A DNA stretch of 64,000 bases from assembly GCA_024231025.1 (NCBI GenBank), contig JAAEQW010000111.1, positions 11,055-75,054 on the forward strand, written 5' to 3'. This document shows, piece after piece, positions 56,024 through 64,000 of this stretch; the stretch's first letter is position 1, and every line of letters starts with the position of its first letter. The notes beneath the pieces were generated by a model that worked only from the letters and a program-made list of their open reading frames with translations, searched no databases and had not been told where the DNA came from. Both the position numbers and the translations under genes were made by a program. This DNA is from Candidatus Omnitrophota bacterium. Its GTDB lineage: Bacteria; Omnitrophota; Gorgyraeia; Duberdicusellales; 4484-171.

Positions 56024-59000
56024 TTAAGAGATGTTTAAGATTTCGTCTAGATTTCTTATTACCTTAATACTAATGATCTGGAAAGTGAATCCTTTAAAAT
56101 CATCAAGATCAATAGTAACTCCCTGAGAAGGAATGTTGATTTTGCCATCAATAATTTGCATACCCGCACCGCTTAAATCCAAGTCGATTCCGCCGGGTCC
56201 TGAGGCGCCTGATTCACCCGAACCGCCTGAATCCGCACCCACTGCGCGAGTGTAAGGAGGCTTTCCTTGTGCTTTCCTAATGTCTCTTATTAATTGTTCG
56301 TCTAGATCAACGCCCTTTGTCTCTTTTAGAAGTTGTGCAATCTGATAAAAGAGAGCACGGATCATGTAGTGATCAATGTTGGCTTCAAAATAACTCCTTC
56401 GGCCGGAATCAATATACTCGCGCTCCTTATCCGCAAGCCACTGTGCACCGATCATGTCTCCCGAATGAATTATATTATCAATATGATCCATAATATACTT
56501 GCCCTTAGTTGTCTTTTTATATCGCTCAGTCAATTCATGCCCAAGCGAAAATGGATTATCAAAGACACTTTCATCAATTGCAATGAAATCATCCCCGGCT
56601 ACGCCGAAAAACCCCTTACCCCCTACATCTGTTATAATGATGTGTTTTGGATCGTCGACAGGACGATGGCTCGGTGTCGCATGTAAGGCTCCTATTAATT
56701 CATTACGTTTTTGAACAAGGTCGTTATCTAATTTATTTAATTCATCCCTATCGCTGTCGGAAAATGTGCCATCTGTTTTTTTCGCTTGCAAAGTTTTTAT
56801 CCTCTCGTTAATCACCGCTATATCGGATGATATTTCACCTCGAGATCGATGTTTTACCTCGTCAGGACGAGGAAGATTAAGATAAGCGCTTTCCGCAAAC
56901 TCTGCGGTTCTTTGGTCTTTTGCTGGATCATTACTATTCGTACCATAAATTTGGGTTAACCAATTAGCCAATTCAACATGAAAGTGATTTAGCATTTGGT
57001 CCATGAAAGCCTTCTCCTCACCATCCGGAAGAAGCTTAGCTAAATCCTTTAATTCTTGATATTTCGCAATTATTTCCTCTGGCACCGCGCGATAAGAATT
57101 ACTTTCATCAAAGGTGATTTTCTCACCAGTCTCAAGGTGAGTGATCGTCCCAATTAGTCGACCGTTGACTACTTTAAGATTCTCAATACCACTGAACTTG
57201 CCCATGAAATCTATGACTCCTGCCTTTGGACTCAATTCTATTTTTTGTTTTTCTTGACGGTTAGTGACTGCATCGTTGTCGTCACCGCTAAGAGATATAT
57301 AGTCAGTCGGGAAGGGGCTCTCCCCCATATTATCTTCGGCAGATGTTTTACGGAATCCACCGTCAGTAATCCCTAAGGCGTCTCGAATTTTTTTAATTAT
57401 TTCGACATCGGGCCAAAAAATTGTTAAATCTTGATATTTTATCATCTTTATCTCGGCCTCATGCAGCACACCAATAGTAACCGGACCCAAAGGTTTCCAC
57501 TTTTTTACATTGCCTTGATCGTCAAGCTCTTCAATGGAAAAAGGTCCCTTATTTCCAGACACTTCTCTTATAAGATCAACCATCACTGACCCCACATTGC
57601 CCAAATCATCTGGCATCGGAATAGAATAACCAAAAGAGAAAGTTCCTCTATTGGCAGAAGCGATAATTATTGGTAAATCTTTGATTTCGCCGTTTAATAA
57701 ACTTAAGAGAAGGTGGTTATAAAACTTTATTGCTGAATCAGTAGAAAAGCATTTATCCAAAACAGCCACGGTATCGGAAAGCATTCCTTTATGTTTGCCC
57801 TTTAGCTTTTGAGCACGAGCGATAAAAGCATCGGCTAGCTTTTCTGCGCTAATCGTATTTCTAAAACCACCACCAAATACCAGCTCCCCCTTCAGACCGT
57901 GTCCGTTAAACCAAACAATATTATTGTTGGGATTAAATGATAATCGTTTAATTTTTTTAAGAAAACCTTTTCTCTCCTTTTTTCCCTTAAAAGTCGCGAT
58001 AAGATTACCCCCATGTTCTGCTACTAAATTAACAATCTCATCAACTTCAAAACCATCTTCACTGTTAGAGCCAGTGATTAGAGAAGATCCTTTTTTTATG
58101 ATTTCCTTATTAAGATATTTCTCACTCGTCCGCAACTGAACAATAATCGGCACTATCTTTTCAATGTATTCCTCTTTTACATCAAGATTGAAACGTTCTA
58201 GAATATTATAAATTGCTCGGGCAAGAAAAACTTTATGAACCTGATCAAGACCTCTCTCGCTCATTGCCTGATTGAGCGCCCAACTATTATAGGCAGTTCG
58301 AAAATCATTAGGCACCAAGGCCTTATTAAAGATAGCCTGAGCTTGGCTAGCAAGATACAGAATGAGCGGATCCATCTGCTCTGCCTCTTCATCTTCTAAT
58401 TCATTGGTGATCCCGGTAAGAATAATGGCAAGCTCTTCTCGATTGTCATTTTTATTCTGCTCTAAAGCTCTAAGCAAACCAGGCACGACGCTACCGCCCT
58501 TAGCAACCAATGCTTGACCAATTTTAAGAGATACATCTGGTCTCTTCACATCTAAAAAACTAAGCATAAGCGGCAAAGCGTCATCTCCAATCTCAACTAA
58601 TGTTTCTATGATGTCGGTTCCAATGACCACAGGGCTTTCCTTATATCTGATAAAATCTGCAACAAAATTTAGTATAGTCTTCTTTTCATGCTGACTAAGC
58701 CAGGAACCCGCTTTAGAATATATTCGACTCAAAGCAATAATTCCACCATAAGAATCTTTTTCTGAACTTTGCAAAAATGTCGGCAATAAATGTTTTTTTG
58801 CCACAGCATTAAAATCTCCTCTATCAAGCTTCATCGAAAGATTGGCCAAGGCAATTGCCGCTTCCTTGCGTAATATTCCATAATTAGCTTCATTTTGATA
58901 AAGGTCAAAGAGTAAGGCAATCACCTCGTCCGTAGCAATATCCATTTGCCCCAAAGCCTTAACCGCACTACGGCGTACATATAGCTTCACACTACCTGCG

Positions 59001-62000
59001 ACTTCTTTGTGTTTTTCTAGAAAATTGCATAAAGCACCACGAGCGGCTTGGACATATGTAAACGCACCTAAGGCATCGACTGCTGCGGCAACAATACGAT
59101 CATCATTGTCATCAAGCAACCTGACTAAAGCCTCTATTGCCCGATCAAGAGGCGGACCAAAACGCCTGTTATACTCCTCTCCTCGTTCCATAAAAGCATA
59201 ACGGAGACCAATTCTGCCCAAAAAATTAGCGGCTTCCTTACACACAAAATCATCTTGGTGCTTAAGCAGTCCAATAAGCACATCAACATGTTCTATTTTG
59301 CTTACGGCTAAAGCGCCCATTGCCCGCCGCCGAACCAGAGGCGGTTTACTATCATCACCAATAATTTCAATTATTTTGGCAGTTATATCTTTAGAACTTA
59401 ACAGCCTTAAATCGTAGGCGGCGATCTCACTCACCCTATCATTGCCATTAATTAGTAGGTCAGTCAGAACGCTCACTTTCTCATCAACGTTCTCCATCTG
59501 TGTAGCTTGGCTAACAAACGCACGCGGATCTTGCGCAGGCTTTTGAGCCTGAAATGCTGACATACACGCACCGAGAAACAAGGGCACTGCTAAAGTTGCA
59601 GCAATAAAAAATCTCCTCAAACGACTAGTGGATTTTGGTTTTGCCTGCCGTGCTCGAATATCCTGAGAAAGAAGCACGTCACCTTCGGGGTCAAGCTGAT
59701 AGGTAAAGGCACGAATTACATAGTGTTTACGGTTTGCGATAAAGTAATCTAAATCGCCTAACCGCTTATATTTCTCAATGCGATCGGCGAGCCATTTTTT
59801 GCCAGTCGCATCAAGTAAGCCTTCAAGCTCGGCAATAAGATCAGAGTCATTGTGTTTCTGGTGTTCGATAATTTCGTGTAAGAAAGAAATTGGATTGCTA
59901 ATTACATCCTGATCAATTACTGCAAAGGTTTTTTTACCAGCACCAAAAAACCCTTTGGCTCCTTCGTTGGTTATAAAGACATCTTCGAGGTTAAATTTCT
60001 TAACAAGTTCTTTTGCTTTTTGGCGAGCTTGACTTGGCGGCAAGCTATCGAGATAATCATTTACTGCCTTAGTATAGCCAGCTACCTCACTTGGCGGCGC
60101 CCGAGAAGAATTGTCTTTATCAAAAGTAATTGTGATATCTGGATCTTCAGTGTGGGTGATTGTTCCGGTTAATTGGCCGTCAACTACCTTAAGAGTTTCA
60201 ATACCGCTGAATTTGCCGATCTGATCGCGGGTATCAGAAAGCGAAACTCCGGTTCTTTTTTTAATTTCATCTTTTGCGCCTTTTTTTATTCTTTGGTTAA
60301 CCCTGTCCCGGAATGCATCTCGGTCTACTGTTTCGGTAGTTTGTAACACTCGGTCAATTAATTCTTTTGAAGTTTTTTCAATTAGAATTCTCTCAATCAC
60401 ATACTGCAAAGTCTCCTCGCTTAGACTGCCGGCTTCGCGGATAACTTCATAAAGAATGCGCATCGCACTTATATCTGCGCTGAGATTTTTGTCGTGGTGG
60501 CTCCTTGCCAAACCTTCCAACTCTTGATGATCTTCAATCGCTTCGTCAATACCAAGCCCTTCGGTGCCATTAAGCATAAATTGAATGCTTCTTACAATGA
60601 CTTCTCCTTCTTGAATGAGCTTTTCCACAACTGCATCTTCTAATTCATTTTCAAAAAGGCCTCCCTTTTTGGTAATCTCTTTTTTGATGTGGCGCATAAA
60701 CGCTTCCCCAACCATCAAGTGATAAAACTCATGCTGAATTTCCCAAAAAAGTTTTCTTACCGAGTTTTTTCGCGTAACAAGAAGCATCCAGTTGACATAA
60801 ACAATCGTTTCTTCACTTTCATCGATATAGGCTTCTGCCAACGGCCCCTCATCGGAAACGATTATTCTGTTTATCGAATAAGAAGCGCCGCTGCTCTCTA
60901 ATTCTTTTAGCGCTCCATTAACTATCCTTAATGCCCTATCTCTTCCAACCGATCTTGCTCCGCCATCATAATCTATAACCTGAGCGCCCCTGATATTAAA
61001 AGTTAAAGGATTCTCGCCAACCTTACTGCTTGCCGGAAAAGCCACAGCAGATAAGTCGTCTTTGGCTAGTGATATAACTTCTTTACTGCGAATTTTGGTT
61101 ACACCTTTTGGCGAAGGTTGAACTTTTACTACTCCTCGGCGGCGCCCAAACATGCTTGCTGCGTTAATAACTTCTGCACCATCACCTTGCGTTTTCGCTT
61201 GATCAGCGATTGCCGCAAATGTGTTATAAAATTCTTCATCCTTTTCTAAATTTTTGTATTCATAAGCTAAATCAACCAATTCCTGCCATTGGTTTCCCAA
61301 CGCATCTTTTAAAGCGTTCTTTTTTCCCGTGAAATATGCCTCTAAAACTGGCGCCTCACCAATAACGTCGATTAAGCGCTTCATTGCTAAAACTTCCCAA
61401 TAGTAAGCCGACGCACCAATACCCTTTTCTATATCTCTAGCGGCACGCCTATCCATGAATTCTTTTAACTCATCAAAAGTGAAAACGTCCTTGCCTTGCT
61501 GGCGCATTAAAAACTTAAGAGTTACATATTCGGTAGCGGCTTCATTTAAAACATGGGGAGCAAAACCATAACACTGGCTATGGAAAAACTCATGAATAAA
61601 AATTTCATAAAAAATTTGAAGATCAGCAATACTGCCCTCTGCAATACCAACAATATCGTAAAGATTAAAATAAAATGCTTGCGCCCCCGGCAAAGATTCA
61701 GGAATATTTTCCTGGGGAACGCTTGCTCTTCTTATGGCTTGATAGCTAAATCCTAATTTTCTAATAAAGCCTTTTACTTTATCTTCTAGGGCTATGAGAC
61801 CATCATCTCTTGCGGTCTCGGCCTCGCTACCTTTAAGCATTCTACTTTGCACACCAGCATAGCCTAAAAACATCTCATCAACATCTTCAACTGTTTCGCC
61901 TCGCTTGAGACCATCCAAAGCTCTTTCATAAATACGGCCCGGTAACTTTGCTTTTAATGATTCTCCCAAAAACACTATTTCTGGAGACTCCTTCTTCACT

Positions 62001-64000
62001 CGATTGAATATAGTACGCACTGCTATTTCTCGCTCACGAATCGGTCGGCTATTGAAAGTCTGCCCTAGGCTATACCCACGCTCGGCATAGTAAATATCTC
62101 TTTGCGCATCAGCTAAAACATCTTCATTTAACTCAAACTCAAAATCAAAGCCAACAATCGCCCAGACAGCATTCGCCTTAAAAACGATCGCACCTTCATC
62201 TCCTTCATCAACGTTAAAAAGACGCCTTTGCATTGAAACGGCCACTGGATCAGATCTTGCCGCGTCAGTGTCGGTTTTTATTTTGATTATTGTATTGCCG
62301 GCGCTATCTTCTGTTTCATCAAGAAAGCCTCTTTTTCTTAAATGGCTAATACAAAAATCAAATATTTCTCTAGAGCCTTTTGCGTTTCTCACTTCTGCAA
62401 TATCTTGCTTAATACTCATAATGCTAGAGACTTTTTCTGCCGCTTCATGGAACTGTTCATCTAATATTTCGGCTTCCTGGAGATTATCTTGTATCCACCC
62501 GCGCATCCTGTCATAAGCAATGCCTCTTCTGTCTGCTTCTTGGCGCCACCTTCTTAACACAACTGATTCACGAGTAATTAACCCTTCGAGGCTTCCCTCT
62601 TTTTCACACTTATCGTACGCACCAGAAGCGATGTAAATAACCCCTCTGCCTATTCCAATATGCGCAGTTTGCCCTGTATCCTCATCCAAATACATGTCGG
62701 AACCACTGCCGATAAGACAAATCTTATTTCCTTTTAAATCAGTAATAAATTCAACTTCATCGTGAATAAAAGCCTCCCTGATCATTTGGTTAACTCTGCT
62801 ATGCGGACCTGCTCGAACACCGATATCGGCAACATTTACATCTAAGCGGTCCTTTTTAGGAGATGGTTCAATGTCAACCGCATCATCTTCTTCGCTGGCC
62901 AAAACTCCTTCTTCGGGTTGCCTAAAATAAAGACTAAAAACTGTGCCAACGCCAACTTGGCTTTCTACTTTAACTACCCCGCCAAAAGATTCCAAACTTT
63001 TCTTAACAAAGTCAAGACCAACACCGGTTCCGCCCTCTTTACCAGAGGTAACGCCATCAGCAAAGATGCTATTCAGTCTCCCATCCGGTAAATTTTTCGC
63101 ATCAATGCCCTTGCCATTATCGCGCACACGCAAAACGGTGTAAATTTGGCCATCTTCTTCAACGAGTTCGGTTGTAAACCATATCGCTGGAGGTTCATTT
63201 CTTCCCTTGTCTCTTGCCTGATAAGCATTAGTAATCATGCATTTAATTAGCATTTCAAGTTTGTCAGGGTTGGCATATATCTCGGTATCTTCTTTTATTT
63301 TAGAAATATGAATATCAAACATTTTATTCTTAAGTAATTGCTTTGCGTTATTTATCGCAGAAAGAACACTAACTGCGCCAGTGGGCCGTTTACCTAATTT
63401 GTCTATAAACTTTTTAAGCCGCATTGGGTATCGCTTTACGTCTTCCATATCTTTTCTAAACTCTGCTACATCTTTATAACCAACTTCAGTAAAATAAATA
63501 TTAGCTGTTTCGACAAGGTCAACAAAATCATCGAGATATATTTTAAGCTCAGAAAAAAGCTCAACCGCTATTACATCTGCATTAACACCTTCTAAGTTAT
63601 AGCAAATATATAAAAGCATTTTCCAGCGTTCACTTAATTCTTCATTACGAGCAATTAAATTTCTTTTTTTCTCGCTTGTGCCGTTAATTTCACTAAGATG
63701 CCACTCTAAAGTCATCACTAAACCTGCCGTAGAGTTGGCGATATCATGGGCAATGTCTCTGGCTCCAACAAGCTTTGCTACCACCAGATCGATACCTTTA
63801 CTCTTGTCAAAATTTCTTTCCAAAACAATAAGGTAATTAAGATAGCTCCTAAGCTTGTCTGCTTCTTCCTCAACGCTCTCAGCTACCCCTTTATTAATTG
63901 TTTCGTTAAGAATAATTAGCTGTCCTTCCAAGATCTTGTAGTAGTGCGGCTGACCAACAAAATCAATTACCTGCTTTATCTGCGAAACCGTCTCATCAAT
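56024..64000 (-). CDS. Giant modular protein (>2,650 aa; N-terminus beyond window): histidine-kinase-like HisKA/HATPase_c module, five HExxH zincin-like modules, internal hydrophobic lipobox-like segment, HEAT repeats, Gly/Ser-rich tail
   Basis: The frame stays open from 56024 to the window edge. The listed start is a TTG, and in-frame sense codons continue to 64000. Motifs: H-box ARDIAHDIANS, N-box ITNAYQA, G-boxes VRDNGKGI/GGTGVGLDF; FIHEFFH, QHEFYH, LHEIIEH, GHELTE; LAVPLFLGAC; repeated D..VR..A..ALG HEAT units. Confidence 0.8.
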   Translation of the reverse strand: MDETVSQIKQVIDFVGQPHYYKILEGQLIILNETINKGVAESVEEEADKLRSYLNYLIVLERNFDKSKGIDLVVAKLVGARDIAHDIANSTAGLVMTLEWHLSEINGTSEKKRNLIARNEELSERWKMLLYICYNLEGVNADVIAVELFSELKIYLDDFVDLVETANIYFTEVGYKDVAEFRKDMEDVKRYPMRLKKFIDKLGKRPTGAVSVLSAINNAKQLLKNKMFDIHISKIKEDTEIYANPDKLEMLIKCMITNAYQARDKGRNEPPAIWFTTELVEEDGQIYTVLRVRDNGKGIDAKNLPDGRLNSIFADGVTSGKEGGTGVGLDFVKKSLESFGGVVKVESQVGVGTVFSLYFRQPEEGVLASEEDDAVDIEPSPKKDRLDVNVADIGVRAGPHSRVNQMIREAFIHDEVEFITDLKGNKICLIGSGSDMYLDEDTGQTAHIGIGRGVIYIASGAYDKCEKEGSLEGLITRESVVLRRWRQEADRRGIAYDRMRGWIQDNLQEAEILDEQFHEAAEKVSSIMSIKQDIAEVRNAKGSREIFDFCISHLRKRGFLDETEDSAGNTIIKIKTDTDAARSDPVAVSMQRRLFNVDEGDEGAIVFKANAVWAIVGFDFEFELNEDVLADAQRDIYYAERGYSLGQTFNSRPIREREIAVRTIFNRVKKESPEIVFLGESLKAKLPGRIYERALDGLKRGETVEDVDEMFLGYAGVQSRMLKGSEAETARDDGLIALEDKVKGFIRKLGFSYQAIRRASVPQENIPESLPGAQAFYFNLYDIVGIAEGSIADLQIFYEIFIHEFFHSQCYGFAPHVLNEAATEYVTLKFLMRQQGKDVFTFDELKEFMDRRAARDIEKGIGASAYYWEVLAMKRLIDVIGEAPVLEAYFTGKKNALKDALGNQWQELVDLAYEYKNLEKDEEFYNTFAAIADQAKTQGDGAEVINAASMFGRRRGVVKVQPSPKGVTKIRSKEVISLAKDDLSAVAFPASSKVGENPLTFNIRGAQVIDYDGGARSVGRDRALRIVNGALKELESSGASYSINRIIVSDEGPLAEAYIDESEETIVYVNWMLLVTRKNSVRKLFWEIQHEFYHLMVGEAFMRHIKKEITKKGGLFENELEDAVVEKLIQEGEVIVRSIQFMLNGTEGLGIDEAIEDHQELEGLARSHHDKNLSADISAMRILYEVIREAGSLSEETLQYVIERILIEKTSKELIDRVLQTTETVDRDAFRDRVNQRIKKGAKDEIKKRTGVSLSDTRDQIGKFSGIETLKVVDGQLTGTITHTEDPDITITFDKDNSSRAPPSEVAGYTKAVNDYLDSLPPSQARQKAKELVKKFNLEDVFITNEGAKGFFGAGKKTFAVIDQDVISNPISFLHEIIEHQKHNDSDLIAELEGLLDATGKKWLADRIEKYKRLGDLDYFIANRKHYVIRAFTYQLDPEGDVLLSQDIRARQAKPKSTSRLRRFFIAATLAVPLFLGACMSAFQAQKPAQDPRAFVSQATQMENVDEKVSVLTDLLINGNDRVSEIAAYDLRLLSSKDITAKIIEIIGDDSKPPLVRRRAMGALAVSKIEHVDVLIGLLKHQDDFVCKEAANFLGRIGLRYAFMERGEEYNRRFGPPLDRAIEALVRLLDDNDDRIVAAAVDALGAFTYVQAARGALCNFLEKHKEVAGSVKLYVRRSAVKALGQMDIATDEVIALLFDLYQNEANYGILRKEAAIALANLSMKLDRGDFNAVAKKHLLPTFLQSSEKDSYGGIIALSRIYSKAGSWLSQHEKKTILNFVADFIRYKESPVVIGTDIIETLVEIGDDALPLMLSFLDVKRPDVSLKIGQALVAKGGSVVPGLLRALEQNKNDNREELAIILTGITNELEDEEAEQMDPLILYLASQAQAIFNKALVPNDFRTAYNSWALNQAMSERGLDQVHKVFLARAIYNILERFNLDVKEEYIEKIVPIIVQLRTSEKYLNKEIIKKGSSLITGSNSEDGFEVDEIVNLVAEHGGNLIATFKGKKERKGFLKKIKRLSFNPNNNIVWFNGHGLKGELVFGGGFRNTISAEKLADAFIARAQKLKGKHKGMLSDTVAVLDKCFSTDSAIKFYNHLLLSLLNGEIKDLPIIIASANRGTFSFGYSIPMPDDLGNVGSVMVDLIREVSGNKGPFSIEELDDQGNVKKWKPLGPVTIGVLHEAEIKMIKYQDLTIFWPDVEIIKKIRDALGITDGGFRKTSAEDNMGESPFPTDYISLSGDDNDAVTNRQEKQKIELSPKAGVIDFMGKFSGIENLKVVNGRLIGTITHLETGEKITFDESNSYRAVPEEIIAKYQELKDLAKLLPDGEEKAFMDQMLNHFHVELANWLTQIYGTNSNDPAKDQRTAEFAESAYLNLPRPDEVKHRSRGEISSDIAVINERIKTLQAKKTDGTFSDSDRDELNKLDNDLVQKRNELIGALHATPSHRPVDDPKHIIITDVGGKGFFGVAGDDFIAIDESVFDNPFSLGHELTERYKKTTKGKYIMDHIDNIIHSGDMIGAQWLADKEREYIDSGRRSYFEANIDHYMIRALFYQIAQLLKETKGVDLDEQLIRDIRKAQGKPPYTRAVGADSGGSGESGASGPGGIDLDLSGAGMQIIDGKINIPSQGVTIDLDDFKGFTFQIISIKVIRNLDEILNIS

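Noticed and set aside
55882-56067. 61-aa plus-strand ORF between the RAYT and giant gene
   Set aside because: It spans the two GC hairpins and the tail of the giant gene. It has no RBS and is most likely non-coding.
59560-59650. Interpretation of the giant ORF as two genes split at the internal lipoprotein-like signal
   Set aside because: There is no stop codon anywhere in frame and no ATG or GTG with an SD precedes the segment. Only a TTG is embedded in the n-region. I kept it as one ORF and flagged the segment as a finding.
1-64000. rRNA, tRNA or tmRNA genes
   Set aside because: No cloverleaf-like or conserved rRNA/tmRNA signatures were found in the few non-coding gaps. All long gaps are accounted for by REP-like repeats or the structured pilin leader.

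Overview
AT-rich bacterial window, almost entirely coding on the minus strand, with no rRNA, tRNA or CRISPR array recognised. Reading left to right: (i) a chemotaxis block: a partial cheR running off the left edge, a stand-alone ComFB-like gene, cheA, cheY and a ComFB-CheR fusion; (ii) a first type IV pilus (T4P) set: PilO, a PilM-PilN fusion, PilC, a PilX-like protein and three prepilin-like minor pilins; (iii) a ~19 kb glycan-biosynthesis region with a WecB-like epimerase, a Wbp-like aminotransferase/dehydrogenase/acetyltransferase trio, several polyprenyl-phosphate-type GT2 enzymes, GT-C membrane proteins and a B12-radical-SAM enzyme. This region is interrupted by an IS200/IS605-like Y1 (HUH) transposase flanked by REP-like inverted repeats and by an adjacent O-acyltransferase cassette (MBOAT plus partner) bracketed by 60-bp direct repeats; (iv) a plus-strand island: a REC-degenerate-GGDEF regulator and two tandem TMTC-like GT-C/TPR glycosyltransferase paralogs, converging on two tandem major pilin genes; (v) a second, complete T4P set: T2SSE_N-PilZ protein, a histidine kinase-PilZ-receiver operon, PilC, an ExeA/MshM-like ATPase, PilB, a TPR protein, PilQ, PilP/PilO-like proteins, a second PilM-PilN fusion, a large PilX_N protein and three minor pilins; (vi) a secreted coiled-coil protein, a REP-associated tyrosine transposase (RAYT) and a giant modular ORF of more than 2,650 aa that runs off the right edge. 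The candidate novel system I would prioritise is a polyprenyl-phosphate-sugar-dependent, TMTC-like pilin O-glycosylation module. The giant histidine-kinase/HExxH/HEAT protein comes second.
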